Positions 28,506 through 30,306 of a stretch of 30,306 nt of DNA are shown here, in pieces (the first letter of the stretch is position 1; each line of letters opens with the position of its first letter). Below the pieces are notes generated by a model, which saw only the letters and a program-made list of their open reading frames with translations, was not told the origin of the DNA and did not search any database. Location of the stretch: assembly GCA_045106415.1 (NCBI GenBank), contig JBGCEP010000062.1:1-30306 (forward strand), given 5' to 3'. The DNA is from Oligoflexales bacterium. GTDB lineage: Bacteria; Bdellovibrionota_B; Oligoflexia; Oligoflexales; Bog-1112. The position numbers were made by a program, and so were the translations under genes.

Positions 28506-28531
28506 TCAAATATTTTCAAAATGTCCGAACA
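28506..28531 (+). promoter_or_regulatory. Possible sigma28 promoter
   Basis: TCAAATAT-N10-TCCGAACA (spacer 1 nt short), about 130 nt from ATG 28661. Confidence 0.3.
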
Positions 28532-28660
28532 CAGAGTTACAGCATCACAAAATCACGAGATAGGCAAAAAAGACTTGTTAATTCAACAAATTCTGCAACA
28601 CCCCTGTGATATTATCATCCTGAATAAATTCTCACTTTTCAATCTGGGATTGATAATTTC

Positions 28661-30306
28661 ATGGCTATTTCTGGTCTCAGCCGTCACCTCGTAGAAGAGG
28701 GTTATCTTTCGGAAAACGACTGCGAAACCATTGCTAGAAATGGTCAAGGCACCGGCGCGGCTTTCGCAAAGGTTGTTGTCGCTCTTTCAATTTTCGATTC
28801 AAAAGCCATGGCTTGTTACATCGCAGAAAAAACACAACTTCCTATTATTTCAAAACAAGAGCTTACAGAAGGCGCTTTACAACTCGCTGGGATTCTAGAC
28901 CCCCCTCTCATGCAAAGGCTGGAGGCTTTGCCTATTTCACAAGAGGGGTCAACATTAACTATTGCTGTTGCAGATCCTTTTGACAAAGAGACCCTCGAAC
29001 AGCTTCACTTTTTCACTCAAAAAAAAATCAAACCTGTCATCGCACAACTGCATGATTTGCATGAATGTATGCGCATCATCATTAAAGATTTCAAACCAGC
29101 TAAGTCTTCCCTTGAAGTTTTAATTGCAAAAAAACTAGGCTCTACAGCAAAAGTGATTCAGCACCCAGCCAAGCAAGTTATAGACAACAAAGTTCCACAA
29201 CATAAAAAATCAACACCAGTAAGAAAACCTACACAAGCCTCCACTCCGGCTCCTGAAAAAAAGATGACACCTCCTCCCGAAGCACCACCAGAGTTTGCTG
29301 ATGCTCAAATGTCTATCCAAAATGTTTTTGACGACTTCGTTGCAGAAGGGTCACACTTTGACACAAACAACCTTGATCCCGCTGCCTTTGGCGATGACAG
29401 CCCTTCGCAGCCAGATCACGACCTCGATTTCCTTAATAATAAAGACGCCTCTCTTGGTGACGACACACCTCTAGGCGATGACTTTGAAATGGACGACAGT
29501 ACACCCCTAGGTGACGATACACCTCTGGGTGACGATACACCTCTGGGTGACGACTTTGAAATGGGCGACAATACACCTCTAGGTGACGACACACCTCTAG
29601 GTGACGACTTCAACATGGACGAAAGCGATTCATCCGACGATTCAGAAGCCTCAACAAATAAGTCAACAAGCATGGAGAGTCTTGTTTCTAACATGTCTGA
29701 CGATGAGTTCGGCAGTGATCTGGGCGATGAATTTGAAGACGATGAGTTCGGCGAGACAAAACCTAAAAAAGAAGAAGCAAACCTTTCAGACATTGACGAT
29801 GATTTCGCAATGGATCCTGAAGACACCTCTCCTACAAATGAAACAGCTACAACTCAAGAAAACGAGAACCTAAACGATTACGGCCTCGACGACTCAGAAG
29901 AAAACAACTCAGAAAGCGCCGAACTTGGAGATTACGGCCTCGACGACTCAGCAGAAAATCTCAATTCTAAAAAAGAACAAGAAGAGAAAACTCAACTAGA
30001 TAACAACCTAAATACAGAAACAGATCTAGACATCGAAGCAAATGATGGCAATGACGATGAAATAGATTCAAATTTAGATCTCGAAACCGACGAAAACAAT
30101 AAAGACATCGGAGCAAATGATGACAATGACGACGAAATAGATTCAAATTTAGATCTCGAAATCGACGAAAACAATAAAGACATCGAAGAAAATGATGACA
30201 ATGACGATGAAATAGATTCAAATCTAGCTCTCGAAACCGATGAAAAAAAAAAAGACATCGAAGCAAATGACAACAAAGACGAAGCAATAGACACAGATCT
30301 AGCACC
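28661..30306 (+). CDS. GspE/PilB N-terminal (T2SSE_N/MshEN-like) domain protein with long acidic repeat tail; partial, continues beyond the right edge
   Basis: Manual translation is open from ATG 28661 to the end (548 codons). LSRHLVEEGYLSE..LEALPISQEGSTLTIAVADPFDKETLEQLHFFTQKKIKPVIA, then a Pro/Lys linker and D/E-rich repeats. Absent from the ORF track. Confidence 0.85.
   Translation, partial: MAISGLSRHLVEEGYLSENDCETIARNGQGTGAAFAKVVVALSIFDSKAMACYIAEKTQLPIISKQELTEGALQLAGILDPPLMQRLEALPISQEGSTLTIAVADPFDKETLEQLHFFTQKKIKPVIAQLHDLHECMRIIIKDFKPAKSSLEVLIAKKLGSTAKVIQHPAKQVIDNKVPQHKKSTPVRKPTQASTPAPEKKMTPPPEAPPEFADAQMSIQNVFDDFVAEGSHFDTNNLDPAAFGDDSPSQPDHDLDFLNNKDASLGDDTPLGDDFEMDDSTPLGDDTPLGDDTPLGDDFEMGDNTPLGDDTPLGDDFNMDESDSSDDSEASTNKSTSMESLVSNMSDDEFGSDLGDEFEDDEFGETKPKKEEANLSDIDDDFAMDPEDTSPTNETATTQENENLNDYGLDDSEENNSESAELGDYGLDDSAENLNSKKEQEEKTQLDNNLNTETDLDIEANDGNDDEIDSNLDLETDENNKDIGANDDNDDEIDSNLDLEIDENNKDIEENDDNDDEIDSNLALETDEKKKDIEANDNKDEAIDTDLA
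29453..29620 (+). repeat. 18/36-nt coding repeats (LGDDTP / LGDDFEM), seven LGDD units
   Basis: CT(A/G/T)GG(T/C)GA(C/T)GA(C/T) units, followed either by ACACCT or by TTTGAAATG/TTCAACATG. Confidence 0.9.
30029..30306 (+). repeat. 75-nt (25-aa) coding tandem repeat, DIEANDxNDDEIDSNLDLETDENNK
   Basis: GACATCG unit starts at 30029, 30104, 30179 and 30254. Confidence 0.92.

Noticed and set aside
29416..30305. Repetitive ORFs in the track (29416-29826, 29601-29873, 29967-30305, 29992-30294), including a Cys/His/Arg-rich one
   Set aside because: Antisense or alternate-frame shadows of the acidic repeats in the real plus-strand ORF starting at 28661.
29453..30306. Short direct repeats as a possible CRISPR array
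   Set aside because: Unit lengths are multiples of 3 and vary largely at synonymous positions. There are no unique spacers and no cas genes, so these are coding repeats.

Overview
A bacterial chromosomal window, AT-rich in its intergenic regions. Gene content and promoter style suggest Bdellovibrionota/Oligoflexia (inference only). Housekeeping genes (argS, leuS, rdgB, hemJ, mlaE, bolA, tatD, speD, manC, a YfgM-like/BamB-like pair) are interleaved with lineage-type exported and signalling proteins. Two long ORFs missing from the supplied track run off the window edges. One is a >887-aa lipoprotein with 91-aa two-Cys repeats (2661 to <1, minus strand). The other is a >548-aa GspE-N/MshEN-like protein with an acidic repeat tail (28661 to >30306, plus strand). 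I saw no rRNA, tRNA, CRISPR array or intact mobile element. Highlights: (1) a di-heme cytochrome c fused to an outer-membrane beta-barrel, resembling the Cyc2 architecture; (2) about 10 sigma28/FliA-type promoters, found almost only in front of the uncharacterised genes, suggesting a co-regulated attack-phase-like regulon; (3) a pseudo-receiver/TPR plus duplicated pseudo-receiver/PilZ-like gene pair; (4) a free-standing secretin N0-like domain; (5) a metalloprotease with a C-terminal Cys-Gly/TM sorting signal, coupled to a degenerate deacetylase-fold protein. All family assignments come from reading motifs by eye; no database searches were run.
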